From the NCBI GenBank assembly GCA_040954595.2, contig CM082577.2, positions 3,553,703-3,617,702 on the forward strand: a stretch of 64,000 nucleotides of DNA, read 5' to 3'. Of the stretch, positions 24,601 to 34,316 are shown piece after piece (positions within the stretch are counted from its first letter, which is position 1; the number at the start of each line of letters is the position of its first letter). Below the pieces are notes generated by a model that saw only the letters and a program-made list of their open reading frames with translations, did no database searches and was not told where the DNA came from. Source of the DNA: Balanoglossus misakiensis (taxonomy: Eukaryota > Animalia > Hemichordata). The position numbers and the translations under genes are program-made.

Positions 24601-27600
24601 ACTCATCCTTCAATTCCTCGAGGACTTGATTGCCAGTTTCTCGTATGAGACAAGTCACCTTTTCAACGGTTTTCTCTGTGTGTTCTTTGATTTTCTCCTT
24701 TTCTTTGCCGTAGAACGTTTCCAGTGAATCTAGGACGGCGGCCACGGCTGCTTTGCTGTCGCTGGCTTCAGCCTCTTTCACTTTCATTCTGTCGATCATA
24801 GACGTCAAATCTTTGGTGTAATCCCCGACTGCCTCTTTGATACGTCTGTATTTATGGGCTGTCGTTGAATGGTCATAGAGGATACATTTCGGACAGCCGA
24901 CCTTGTCACAAGAGTCACAGTAGAATTCAATCTCGAGGTTTGGATGTTCGGCGCAGTAGGGCGGGGGCTGAACTGAGACCGGGTCAACAGACTTTGTTTC
25001 CTGGTAATCGGTTACAGGCATCAGCCTGTGTGTCTTCGTCATGGGGAATAGTTGGTGTGCTGTTGCGCAGTTTTCGCAAATGTCTAAAGAGCATTCTATA
25101 CACCGCGTTGACTGATTTCCACGTTTACAGGCTTGACATTTTCCCGAACTTTCTCGATTATTAAACAAATCGACCAACTCGTTCAGGAAACAGTTGCTGT
25201 CTATACCTGACACGCCACTGTCCGGAAGTTGGTGAGAACGTCGACATATTGGACAAGTTATCGCACGATTGGCGCCGCTCTCCTCATCCAGCTTTGTCAA
25301 ACATTGCTCACAAAAACTGTGCTGACACGGCAGAATCTTGGCGTTCTTGTATCGTTCCGAGCAGATCCCACAAAGGAGGACATTTTCGTCGATTTCTTCA
25401 CCATGCACACGATCTCCTACTGCGGCCATTTTGGTGAATGCGTGATCTGTGGAGTCACGTGACGTATTCGACTGACCTGATTTCCGAGAAAGGCAGCAGA
25501 TTATTCTGGGTACTCGACACAAGTTCCATGTTTTCGGAGATTCACCAGAATCTCACAATCGAAATTACTGTAAAACGATAAATTTTCGCGAACTAAGCGT
25601 AAAAATGTTTTTCGGAGATAACGATACAGTGAAATAGGCCTACGAGAATGGAAAAAATAATCGTCGCGTAACAGTTGCCGCTTTGATATCGCGAAAATTT
25701 CCTGTCGCGAAACTTTACTGTTTTACAGTATTACATTCCATTCACGTGGTTCAGAGACAAAACTTCAAAAGAAGACCAAAAAGAACATACGCCCAACGTG
25801 GGGCTCGAACCCACGACCCTGAGATTAAGAGTCTCATGCTCTACCGACTGAGCTAGCCGGGCTTCTTGGTACGACCTATTTCTTGAATACTTTCGTCGAG
25901 TAGTAACTCGAATGCAATATGCTAAGGTTTAGTAAACTGACTACCAGAAGCCAAACGGCTGCACATTTTCTTTTATTGTTAAGAGGAAATTATACCAATA
26001 AACGGTCATTTGTCATATTTCATAAAAACACAATTTCAACCGATTTCCATTCTAAACGAAATACTTCATGGAGGATATAAAGAAACAGTCTTTTAGCCAC
26101 CCCTATATTTCCAGAAGTTGATTGATACAATTGTACCCGCACCTGACTTACAATTTCCATTTGAAGCTTCGCCGTCACTTTCTGCACGTGTTTGAATCAT
26201 TCCGTTTCGTTAAACAGGTCGACGACATCCGAGTGACGCTACCACACAACCCTCATCCGGGCGTCTCCATCACCATCAGCGGGAGGTACGTCATGGTTCT
26301 CACCGACCTGGCATTCTGGGTACAGTTCGACGGCATGTACAAAGTGAAGGTCGGCCTGGACGCTGATTACGGGCCCAGTGCACGGGGAATGTGCGGACTG
26401 TGCGACGGAAACCCGGCCAACGACTACCTGCGGCCGGATGGGGTACTGGCCACTGATGACGTAGACTTCGGTGATAGTTGGAGGGTGGAAGAAAGGTACT
26501 GATGTATGGTGAATATGGGAGTGGGTTATGTCTATTTTGTGTTTGTGTTTCAAAATTCATGATAAAACTGATTGAACAACAAAACGCATGAAAGTAACAT
26601 CATTGTTGTATAATAAAATACATGGAAACACAAAAGTATATATTTAAACACTCACGTGTATCCTCGCTAGAGTAGGATTCACTCAACGTTGCTGACACCC
26701 AAATGATGATAATTCCAATCTTCTATATCAGCTGTGGACACGGATATGGCGTCATCACTGGAGACGAACCGATTTGCCCGAACAACAACCAGGACGAATT
26801 CGACACTCTGGAGCTGTGCGGCCGGATCAGCGACCCGGACGGCCATTTCGCGCCGTACCACGAGATCGTTCCTCCCGATTTCTTCGAGGAGTCCTGCATC
26901 TACGACATGTGCCACGCCGCGGACGACGCCGACCGCACCGCGGCGCTCTGTGATTCGCTGAGTTCGTATTATGACGTGTGCAGAGAGGACTTCGATATTG
27001 GCTCCTTCAGATCGCCTTCGTTTTGTCGTGAGTATTGTGCACCGCCGGGTTCCCGCCGAAGCGAATTGTCGTCAGCATAAACAAAGCAACTATATACGTT
27101 CCAATACTTTTATGCCACAATTCATCGTGTGTCCCACAAAGTATTTGCTCCATCATCTACCATCGATTGTTTTTTTTTCTGTCTACAGCCCATGACTGTC
27201 CCCGGTACAGCACTTACAACCCATGCATGACACCTTGCCCGGCAACCTGCGTGTCGGCCGACGATTGTTCGTACGACCGTTGTGTGGAGGGCTGTGAGTG
27301 CGATGACGGCTATGTTCTCATCGACGATCGCTGTGTGCCAAGATCCGATTGTGGTTGTGTCGACAGTGATGGAAATTTGCACAAGGTAGTAATAAACTTT
27401 AAATATATCTAATATATTCCACACTTTCTCGGAAGAGACCCGCAAATGTGCACATGAAGAAACTGAAAAGAACTTTGCAGACTACCGTGATTCTCGTGTT
27501 GCAAAATATCAAAATGAAAGTAAATTTTATGATGACATTTATTTTGGTTCAGTTGGGATGTCTTTTATGTTACCGAATATAGCTAAATGCCTCAATATTT

Positions 27601-30600
27601 CCAACAGAGAAGCGATACCTGGGTGACGTCAGACTGTAAACGCCGCTGTACATGTAGAGCTATGGACGACATGACGTGCGAACATTTGGCGGGTTGTCCC
27701 GCTCGTGCCATTTGTATCGGCCAAGATGGCGACTACGCATGTCAATGCATTGAAGGTTACCACATGAACGACAATGGCAAATGCATCGGTAAGAAGAACC
27801 CAATCTGCGTTTTTCCACATCTTGTAAAAGAGAAAATCTACTCAAGAATTTCACCATTCCAAGAAGCCCGGCTAGCTCAGTCGGTAGAGCATGAGACTCT
27901 TAATCTCAGGGTCGTGGGTTCGAGCCCCACGTTGGGCGATAATTGATTTTTTACCCCTTTTGTCATTACCAACACAGCACAGTTGCCTTGAGCAAATTTT
28001 AAGGAAAAGTTAGGCTGCATTCACAAACACCTCTGGAGGGGGGGGCAGGAGAATTGAGGGGGGGGATTTGAAAAAATTGAGGGTATGTAAGGGGGGGGAT
28101 TTGAAATAATTTAGGGACTGAAAGGGGGGGACTTGAAAATTTTAACGACTAAATATTTATTTTGAGTCCACAAAAATGCAGTTTCGCGCCCCTTATTTTA
28201 CAAAATTTTCTAATGTGGGAGGGGGACACCCCCTCCCACACCCACCCCCTCCATTCATCAACACCTTTCAATCATTGACTGGTTTATCTAGTGTCCCAGA
28301 TCAGGGGACTTGCCCCAACCCCATGATAACTTTGAGCGGCGACGGTTAAATTTGTCCTCCCCAACATACCGGTAGTTGAGTTAATTTGCTTTTGCCGGGT
28401 TCATTAAAATGCAACTTTGAGCTCTGTATTTTAGAAAATTTTCTTACGTGGGAGGGGGACACCCCCTCCCAAACCCACCCCCTTCAATTCTCGGTTTACA
28501 ATGTCTCCCAACACAGAATACAAATATATGTACTTAAAAAAATAAAAACAATGTTCAGTTTTAATACCCACTGATGAGGGGAAACGCTGTTTTTCTTTTT
28601 ACAAGATAGATAGGTGATGTGTTTTGCTCTGTGAAAGAAAATGGGGGGGGGGGGATTTCAAAATTTTGGCAGTTCGGAAGGGGGGATTTGAAAATATTGG
28701 CAGTTCGGAAGGGGGGCATGTGAAAATTAACGGTAAAAAAAATTGAATTCTCCCGCCCCCCCCCCTCCAGAGGTGTTTGTGAATGCAGCCTTATGACTTT
28801 GATTTTCATGATATTGAAAATTTCCCGCGCGAATTTCCCCGCTTCTTACGTCATAGTTCTCCCATCGGTTATCTCCGTAAATAATGACATGTATACAACA
28901 CGATTGGAATTTGTAGGATTATTGCATATTTGTTTTATTTGAAAAGAAAGGCATTATTTTGGCATTGTTTGAACGAAACGAAATAAATACAGCAAGTGTG
29001 TAGTACATAAACGAGATTTTGGTTGGTTTCTCAGAGACGCCATTGAACGAATATGACTGCCGACAGCAGTGCCACGGCGTGTGTCATCATCAGACCTGTG
29101 AGGGCGGCGAGATCATTGCTCCAGACTGCTGCACGTGTCGAACTGGTCCTCTGAGTGTATGTTGCATAGGTGAGCAAACAGAGGTTATCATCTTGGCCTG
29201 GGTCAGATTGAATTTTAGGTCGCAAAATAATTATGTAAAAGGTTGAATGTTATTCATTGTTATACCAGTATATGTTACATTGAGTACCTTCCGGGTACAT
29301 GTTCACTCACTACTATCAACTAAATTTGTCTAGAAGTTCCAGAAAATATTTAGCTTCCCGCCGTTTTGCTGTTCCATCGTTCATCGAGTTGGGCGCCCAT
29401 TGTGAGTGTAAGATCCATCCAGACGAACATGAATATTACTCTTTCCTTGATTACCTCCCCATGCATTTAAGGTAACCCCCTCGAAGTCAGATGTGAAAGT
29501 CGCGGTGGAGTCTGTCGGACCAGTTGTCTTGGCGGGGAAACGGAGTGTACGACCGACTGTGCGTGCTATGGTGCTGAAAACAAATGTTGCGTCGGTAAGT
29601 CTTGTTCGCTAAGAAAAACGGTGTTATTTGTAAAAGCCAACTATGAACAGCTGTTGTAACATGGATACAAACACGTCTTTCTTTCCAGTAAATCAAGTGT
29701 CGCTTCAGTGTGCGAGTTCTTGCAGCGGAGTCTGTCGAGCTCAATGCAACAACGACGAGATGGTCTCCCAGAGTGACTGCACCTGTTCCGAAGGCAACAA
29801 ATGCTGCATACGTAAGTCTATAGTGAAGGGCCAATTGTGGGGAACCTTAACCCTTTATAAACCAACACCCATAAAATATGCTATTTCTGCATCACCGCGA
29901 CGCCCAATTCTCCATATTCTGGCCCACCAGTCGCTTGATGATTGTTTGTTTCGGTTCTAGGCGACCCTAACAAACTCAAATGTGAATACAACTGTGGCGG
30001 ATTCTGTCACGACGTCTGCAGGGAGGAAGAGGGAAACCAACCAGCGCCTTGCAAGTGCACATGCGCAGAGGCAGGGAAAGTGTGCTGCAAAAGTAAAGTA
30101 TAGTTTCATTCTTCCACGTACCTCGGCCTCTCAGATTTTTCGCTTTTTGCCAGTTTATCGCCGGATAAAAGCCGGACCGAGTTCTTGCGAGTTCTCTACG
30201 TGGTATAAAGAAAGTCGTGTGAACCATGAAAACACACATCAACTGATGCGGTTTTGCCGTTGCTCATATAGAACCACCACATTGTCTTTGGGGCTTTGGT
30301 ATATAGCGGGTCGCATGTTTCAATTGTATGCCTCTTCACAGAACATGCCTACATACGCGGTGACCCCCACGAACGGATGTTTGACGGCAGGGCCCTCAGC
30401 ACCCAAGAGCTGTGTTCATACATCCTGACCGAAGACTGCGTAAACGACCCCCCGCAATTCCAGATCGTCGCCACCACCAGAGAGAGGCTGTACATTACAA
30501 AGGCTGCCACCAACGTCGACAGTGTAATCATATCGTTCGATAACACCATTGTGCATCTGCTGCAGAATAACGTAGTGCAGGTATGCGAAAATGTCTTTCA

Positions 30601-31317
30601 AATTGCAACATACAGCAAGGGGGGTTTAGTTGAACCAAACTGATTGGAAATTCAAATCATGAAAATAATGCAAAAAGTCGCAGCTTTTGGGGCTTAAAGT
30701 TTTCCTCGGTTGTTTTCGAGACAGGTGAATGACGTGTCGGTGGCCCTACCCATTGACCTTGATGAAGACATGTCCATTGCCGAGGTGACGAACGACGGGA
30801 TCAATTACATTGTTGAGGTGGTCATGGCTGTCGGACTCAACGTCTTCTGGGACGGCAAGAGCGCCGTGTACGTGGACATCACCAGTCCGTACCTGCACGG
30901 TACGGTGTGCGGCCTGTTCGGCGACGCCAATGACGTCAGAACGGACGACATGCAGAAGGAAAACGGCCAGTACATGAGCAAGGATGAATTTATGGACAGC
31001 TGGATTCTGGAAGGCAGGTGAGTAGCCGCCGTGGTTTCGGTAGTTTTGGCGCCAATTTCTTCAGAAAAGAAACACGGTCACTCCAATGTGTGAACCAGTG
31101 ACCGTGAAAGAATTCATCCTGGATTGCTTGGTGCATAAACCTTCACAGTTTGCAGTCTAGAATTAGGCTGATACATGAATTTTGATTTGAGGGCCGAGTC
31201 ATACATGTTACTGTATTTGTCACTTTCATGACGTCACAAGAACACGCGACTTTAAATCGATTCTTTTAACACCTCAACAGCTGTTTACCGAAGAAGAAGC
31301 GAGATCTGGAGATATGA
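15670..31317 (+). CDS. Gene A: secreted FCGBP/zonadhesin-like mosaic protein (~1627 aa; LU-like, 2 C-type lectin, 3 VWD with GDPH, C8, TIL, EGF-like, 4 defensin-like modules)
   Basis: 27 coding exons summing to 4884 nt in frame: 15670-15732 (signal peptide [21 protein letters not shown]), 15938-15971, 16261-16352, 16661-16732, 16894-17050, 17342-17359, 17697-18113 (CTL), 18328-18393, 18547-18785 (WGDPH), 19056-19333, 19510-19796, 19892-20094, 20406-20586, 20773-21198 (CTL), 21357-21431, 21562-21803 (FGDPH), 26218-26495, 26732-27027, 27189-27385, 27608-27788, 29035-29169, 29472-29594, 29689-29811, 29961-30092, 30342-30580 (RGDPH), 30725-31017, 31281-31317. A possible upstream exon ends ATG|gtaagt at 14390-14392. 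AATAAA near 31796. Confidence 0.88.
22184..22256 (-). tRNA. tRNA-Lys-CTT: tRNA-Lys(CTT), variant with one T-stem A>G change (G.U pair)
   Basis: Reverse complement reads GCCCGGCTAGCTCAGTCGGTAGAGCATGAGACTCTTAATCTCAGGGTCGTGGGTTCGAGCCCCGCGTTGGGCG; T5 terminator just downstream. Confidence 0.95.
22800..22872 (-). tRNA. tRNA-Lys-CTT: tRNA-Lys(CTT)
   Basis: Full canonical 73-nt sequence with intact A/B boxes; T4 run about 10 nt downstream. Confidence 0.96.
23219..25429 (-). CDS. Intronless TRIM-NHL protein (TRIM2/3/71-like: RING, 2 B-boxes, coiled coil, filamin, NHL repeats), 736 aa, nested antisense in an intron of gene A
   Basis: Single ORF; probable start MAAVGDR at 25429 (context AAAATGG). RING CGIC...[11 protein letters not shown]...CPIC; B-boxes CQAC..CIEC..CENC..H and CAEH..FYCDSC..CPKC..H; filamin DNDDGTL..GEHELSV..GSPV; NHL repeats [34 protein letters not shown] on - strand at 23050-23055. 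Confidence 0.93.
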   Translation of the reverse strand: MAAVGDRVHGEEIDENVLLCGICSERYKNAKILPCQHSFCEQCLTKLDEESGANRAITCPICRRSHQLPDSGVSGIDSNCFLNELVDLFNNRESSGKCQACKRGNQSTRCIECSLDICENCATAHQLFPMTKTHRLMPVTDYQETKSVDPVSVQPPPYCAEHPNLEIEFYCDSCDKVGCPKCILYDHSTTAHKYRRIKEAVGDYTKDLTSMIDRMKVKEAEASDSKAAVAAVLDSLETFYGKEKEKIKEHTEKTVEKVTCLIRETGNQVLEELKDEYEKRKVNLNAQFKELEIAEGDLSSTREYAETQVSFGNKVHLMSGKTGMTTKVDECLKMQTKSDPTESDYMEFEPCDDFCPTKSLGVIQRNACALIDVPPYARVGEDIVATIATRQETTTPLVSSVHSVMAAPDGSRQEAEVNDNDDGTLTLIICAKTEGEHELSVSVRNDPVRGSPVIIKVIPKRGLVCSFKEQNAEINHFEDPHGITMMGNRKVLVSDVSNKKLQLFTLTGKHQIIFELASDVDVMPNLKDITRSRDGKIYMTDGKNAQVFVCDHNGKVVKCFGKGELILPIGIAISPVNGRVYVVDNNTHNIHIYDQDGNRIKSFGGKGKQEGELYSPWFVCVDNDGNVYVSEGANHRIQVFDADGQFLYTFGSKGSGDGQLRHPRGVATDKDGNVYVSDKGNNRIVKYDSEGKFVCRVDSDDDGLSEPCDLCVTDDEPFAKVLVVDRGNKDVKVFAQ
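25568..25728. mobile_element. Tc1/mariner-type MITE (TA target duplication)
   Basis: TA-CTGTAAAACGATAAATTTTCGCGA ... TCGCGAAACTTTACTGTTTTACAG-TA: ~24-bp imperfect TIRs flanked by TA on both sides. Confidence 0.7.
25790..25862 (-). tRNA. tRNA-Lys-CTT: tRNA-Lys(CTT)
   Basis: Full canonical 73-nt sequence, T5 terminator downstream. Confidence 0.96.
27866..27938 (+). tRNA. tRNA-Lys-CTT: tRNA-Lys(CTT)
   Basis: GCCCGGCTAGCTCAGTCGG...CCCCACGTTGGGCG followed by ataattgatttttt terminator. Confidence 0.96.
28013..28790. mobile_element. PIF/Harbinger-type MITE (TTA target duplication)
   Basis: TIRs GGCTGCATTCACAAACACCTCTGGAGGGGGGG.. / ..CCCCCTCCAGAGGTGTTTGTGAATGCAGCC; TTA at 28010-28012 and 28791-28793; internal repeats GGGGGGATTTGAAA and GGGAGGGGGACACCCCCTCCC. 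Confidence 0.85.
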
Positions 31318-32099
31318 TGTGATGTGACGGAAAGCCTCGAGGATGTGGTAATCCTCAGCTATGGTGGAGTAAAATTAGAGTTGTGTCCGCGAAATTAGAG
31401 ATTTTGGTGTCACGTATTGGCCACCGTATACTACTGGTCAGTACCATACATATTTTTAATACAGTAAGCATTAGTATCCCAGAAATTCGAGTCTGACCAA
31501 GAGACATAGTGGGTTCTCCCTAACTGTTTCCCTGGCAACAATTCATTTCACCATCAACATATATTGCTGCCACGCAGAAGTTGCATCCCATAGGCCTATA
31601 GTCGAACGTTATGTAAATTGTATTTAATGCAAATTGTCATGGTGATATTTGGTGATTTTAACGACTCAATCTGCCTGAGATCCCGAAGCTAGTCGGCGAC
31701 AAGCAAATTTACAAATCGAGAGATTCACGGTTTAGGTAGAACTTCAGTAAAGTATCGGAAATAGATTTTAGTTTTGCTGTTAGATTTCACTTGAAAATAA
31801 AAAGGAATATATAAGTACAGCAACATACTACATCATGGATAAAAACAAAGACTCGTGAGATTAGCATGATGCATCATCAATGAATACACTTTATTTGCAG
31901 ATGTTTACTTCTAACTGTATATTACAATACATGCAATGTTTCATATAGTGCTGGACGTCTCTAATCACTATATAGACGACATAATTATGTAAATATTATC
32001 AGGTTGCGGTGAGACCAGGGCGGTGAGGCCTGTCTTCGTGTCTACAGCATGCCAGTCTAGTTGCCCGTATGAGTGGCCCTATACTCGTATTGTGCGTCT

Positions 32100-34316
32100 T
32101 TAGCAACTGAAAAGAGATAGAGGGCGTCCGTATTAATATTTTGATCATTTAACAACATAGTCCATCGCTCTCCTATACAGACAGAAAGACACACAGACAG
32201 ACAGACAGACAGACACAGACAGACACAGACAAGACAGACACACAGACATTACGCGGGAGGTAAAAAGGGGGGGGCAACAATAACACCTCACCTTCCTCGG
32301 ACGGTCCATCCGTGCACCAACTCATCGATATCCTTGGCAGTATCACCATTCGGCAGCACCTTGTCGTTCAGAGGGTTCTTGTCGGGAGTTCCCATCATGC
32401 CACACACCTTTCCCTGCCAGGCGGCCGGGACCTCGACCGATACGCGCTTCTCTCCGTCCCAGCGCACGGTCAGTTGAGATTCCAGGGTCACAGTGACGAA
32501 TTCGTTCGTCTCTTCGATCGTTATGGCCGGCGGCAGGTCGTGGTTTATCGGATGGGACAAACTTGAACCGTCCACCTGGAGGCGAAACATTTATTACCCT
32601 CATAATGTTATCGAAGTCTACATCAGAGAGTTACTAAATTACTAAAACTGTGTGCAAAAGTGTAACCCTGGTTGCGCCAAAATTCATACTTATGTCGAAA
32701 GCATTGTGGGATATGAATTTTTTTGTTGCACAAGGCTGAAAACTATTACCCCGCCAATTTTCATCCTGCACCCCGCCATTTTGACCCCCTGCCACCATCT
32801 AATGGTGGGTCCCTTACCTTCACGTCTTTGCCAACAAGCAGTTCGATGGTCTTGCCCATGGCCTGGACGGTGACCTTACCGATGCGGGTCACTGTGCGGC
32901 CGTGGAAAGTGCCCTCCTCGTTCGAAATGGTGACGGCAAAAGATGGCGAAGCGGCATCAACGCAGTCTTGTGCCACGATGTAGGAACACGTTCCCTGGAA
33001 GGTGTACTTTTTATGGTCGAAGGTCATCACGTGAGGATCGCCACCTATGCTGCCTTCTTCATCCGGGGCAGTCGGATCGGTGCCGTCTGTAGGAATTTCA
33101 AAGGCGGGAAAATATGTCAAAACAAATTAAACCTTGACAAATTTTTCTGCTTGTGAAAGAAACAAAACCCATTTTTTGCGAATGAAAGACACTGACAAAT
33201 CCTGTATAATGAAAGAGGCGTATTGGAGTAGAATATATTTATCCCCGCAATCTTTTTTGGAGCTTGTGTCTATATGCTGAAACACAGTGGCAATGTTTCT
33301 GTTTGTGTCAGAATTATAACTGACAATATACAAGACTGCGCTAAATTTGATGAGCAACTTACCCGGTTTACAGCACTGCGCATCATCATTATCACCATCA
33401 CACAGGCCATACCCGAGACTGTGCTCGTCGGATAAACACTGATCTCTGCAAGTACCCCCGTAATTTGTTGCGCAGTTTTCATCTGTAGAAAAAAAATCAG
33501 ACAACGCGTCTGCATGAGTTTGGACCTCACGAGCAAGAATGGTCTACGGGGCTTGGCTCTGATGGTTAAAGAGCATTAAGGAAAGTTATCATTTTGGAAG
33601 ATAAAGAAAGACGTACGTGCAGTGTTACTCATACCTTTTGAATCAGATTTATCTCCCGACTCGGATTTGTCTTTCGATTCAGACTCTTCTTTGGACCCGG
33701 ATTCTTCTTTCGAATCAGATTTATCTCCCGACTCGGATTTGTCTTTCGATCCAGACTCTTCTTTAGACCCGGACCCTTCTTTCGAATCAGACTTCTCTTT
33801 CGACCCGGAACCAGCCGCGGCTGCCGAATCGGTTGCTGTCCCAGAATTCGCTCGCGCACCACGCCCATCACTCTGGAACGTATGAAACACTTTAATCAAC
33901 GAAGTCTGGCAATAAAAATGTGCGTTGAAGCTGACATGTAAAGCAAAGTAAAATTGACAATATTTTACAGGCAAATATCGATTTAAAATATAACATTGGT
34001 TTGAATATTGATTTACACGTTGACTACTTGAGCGTTTTCTGTATGATACTAGGAGTCACTGAACGAAAACGTAACTAAAATGGTAAAGTCTTTCTCCGTT
34101 GTATATCTTCTCCGTTGTATGTATCTTTATCAAAATAGCATCTGAGTAGTAGTATTAAAATCCCAAAAACAGAGCTAACAAAAAAGTCCTGACGCGTAAC
34201 CGAGATTTGAAAATAAATGCACTTACGATTTCAGACCGTCTGATCTGTTTGACGTTCATGGCTGTAACCAGGGTAACCAAAACGGCCAGAATCAGAATGA
34301 ATACCGCCGACCTCAT
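32100..34316 (-). CDS. Gene C: small secreted protein (335 aa): signal peptide, Ser/Lys/Glu repeats, one beta-defensin-like module, single VWD with GDPH
   Basis: Exons 34316-34227 (MRSAVFILILAVLVTLVTAMNVKQIRRSEI), 33872-33635, 33482-33363, 33086-32818 (GGDPHVMTFD), 32575-32292 (GKVCGMMG), 32106-32100 (SC-stop); total 1008 nt in frame. Intron positions match the last exons of genes A and B. AATAAA on - strand at 31890-31895. Confidence 0.88.

Noticed and set aside
25430-25522. 31-aa N-terminal extension of the TRIM ORF in the ORF track
   Set aside because: It begins at a non-ATG codon; the first ATG in good context is at 25429.
22184-25862. Antisense tRNA-Lys copies as LTR-retroelement primer binding sites or SINEs
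   Set aside because: They are full 73-nt genes with Pol III terminators, lack the TGG (CCA complement) of a PBS, and have no adjacent LTR, gag/pol or SINE tail.
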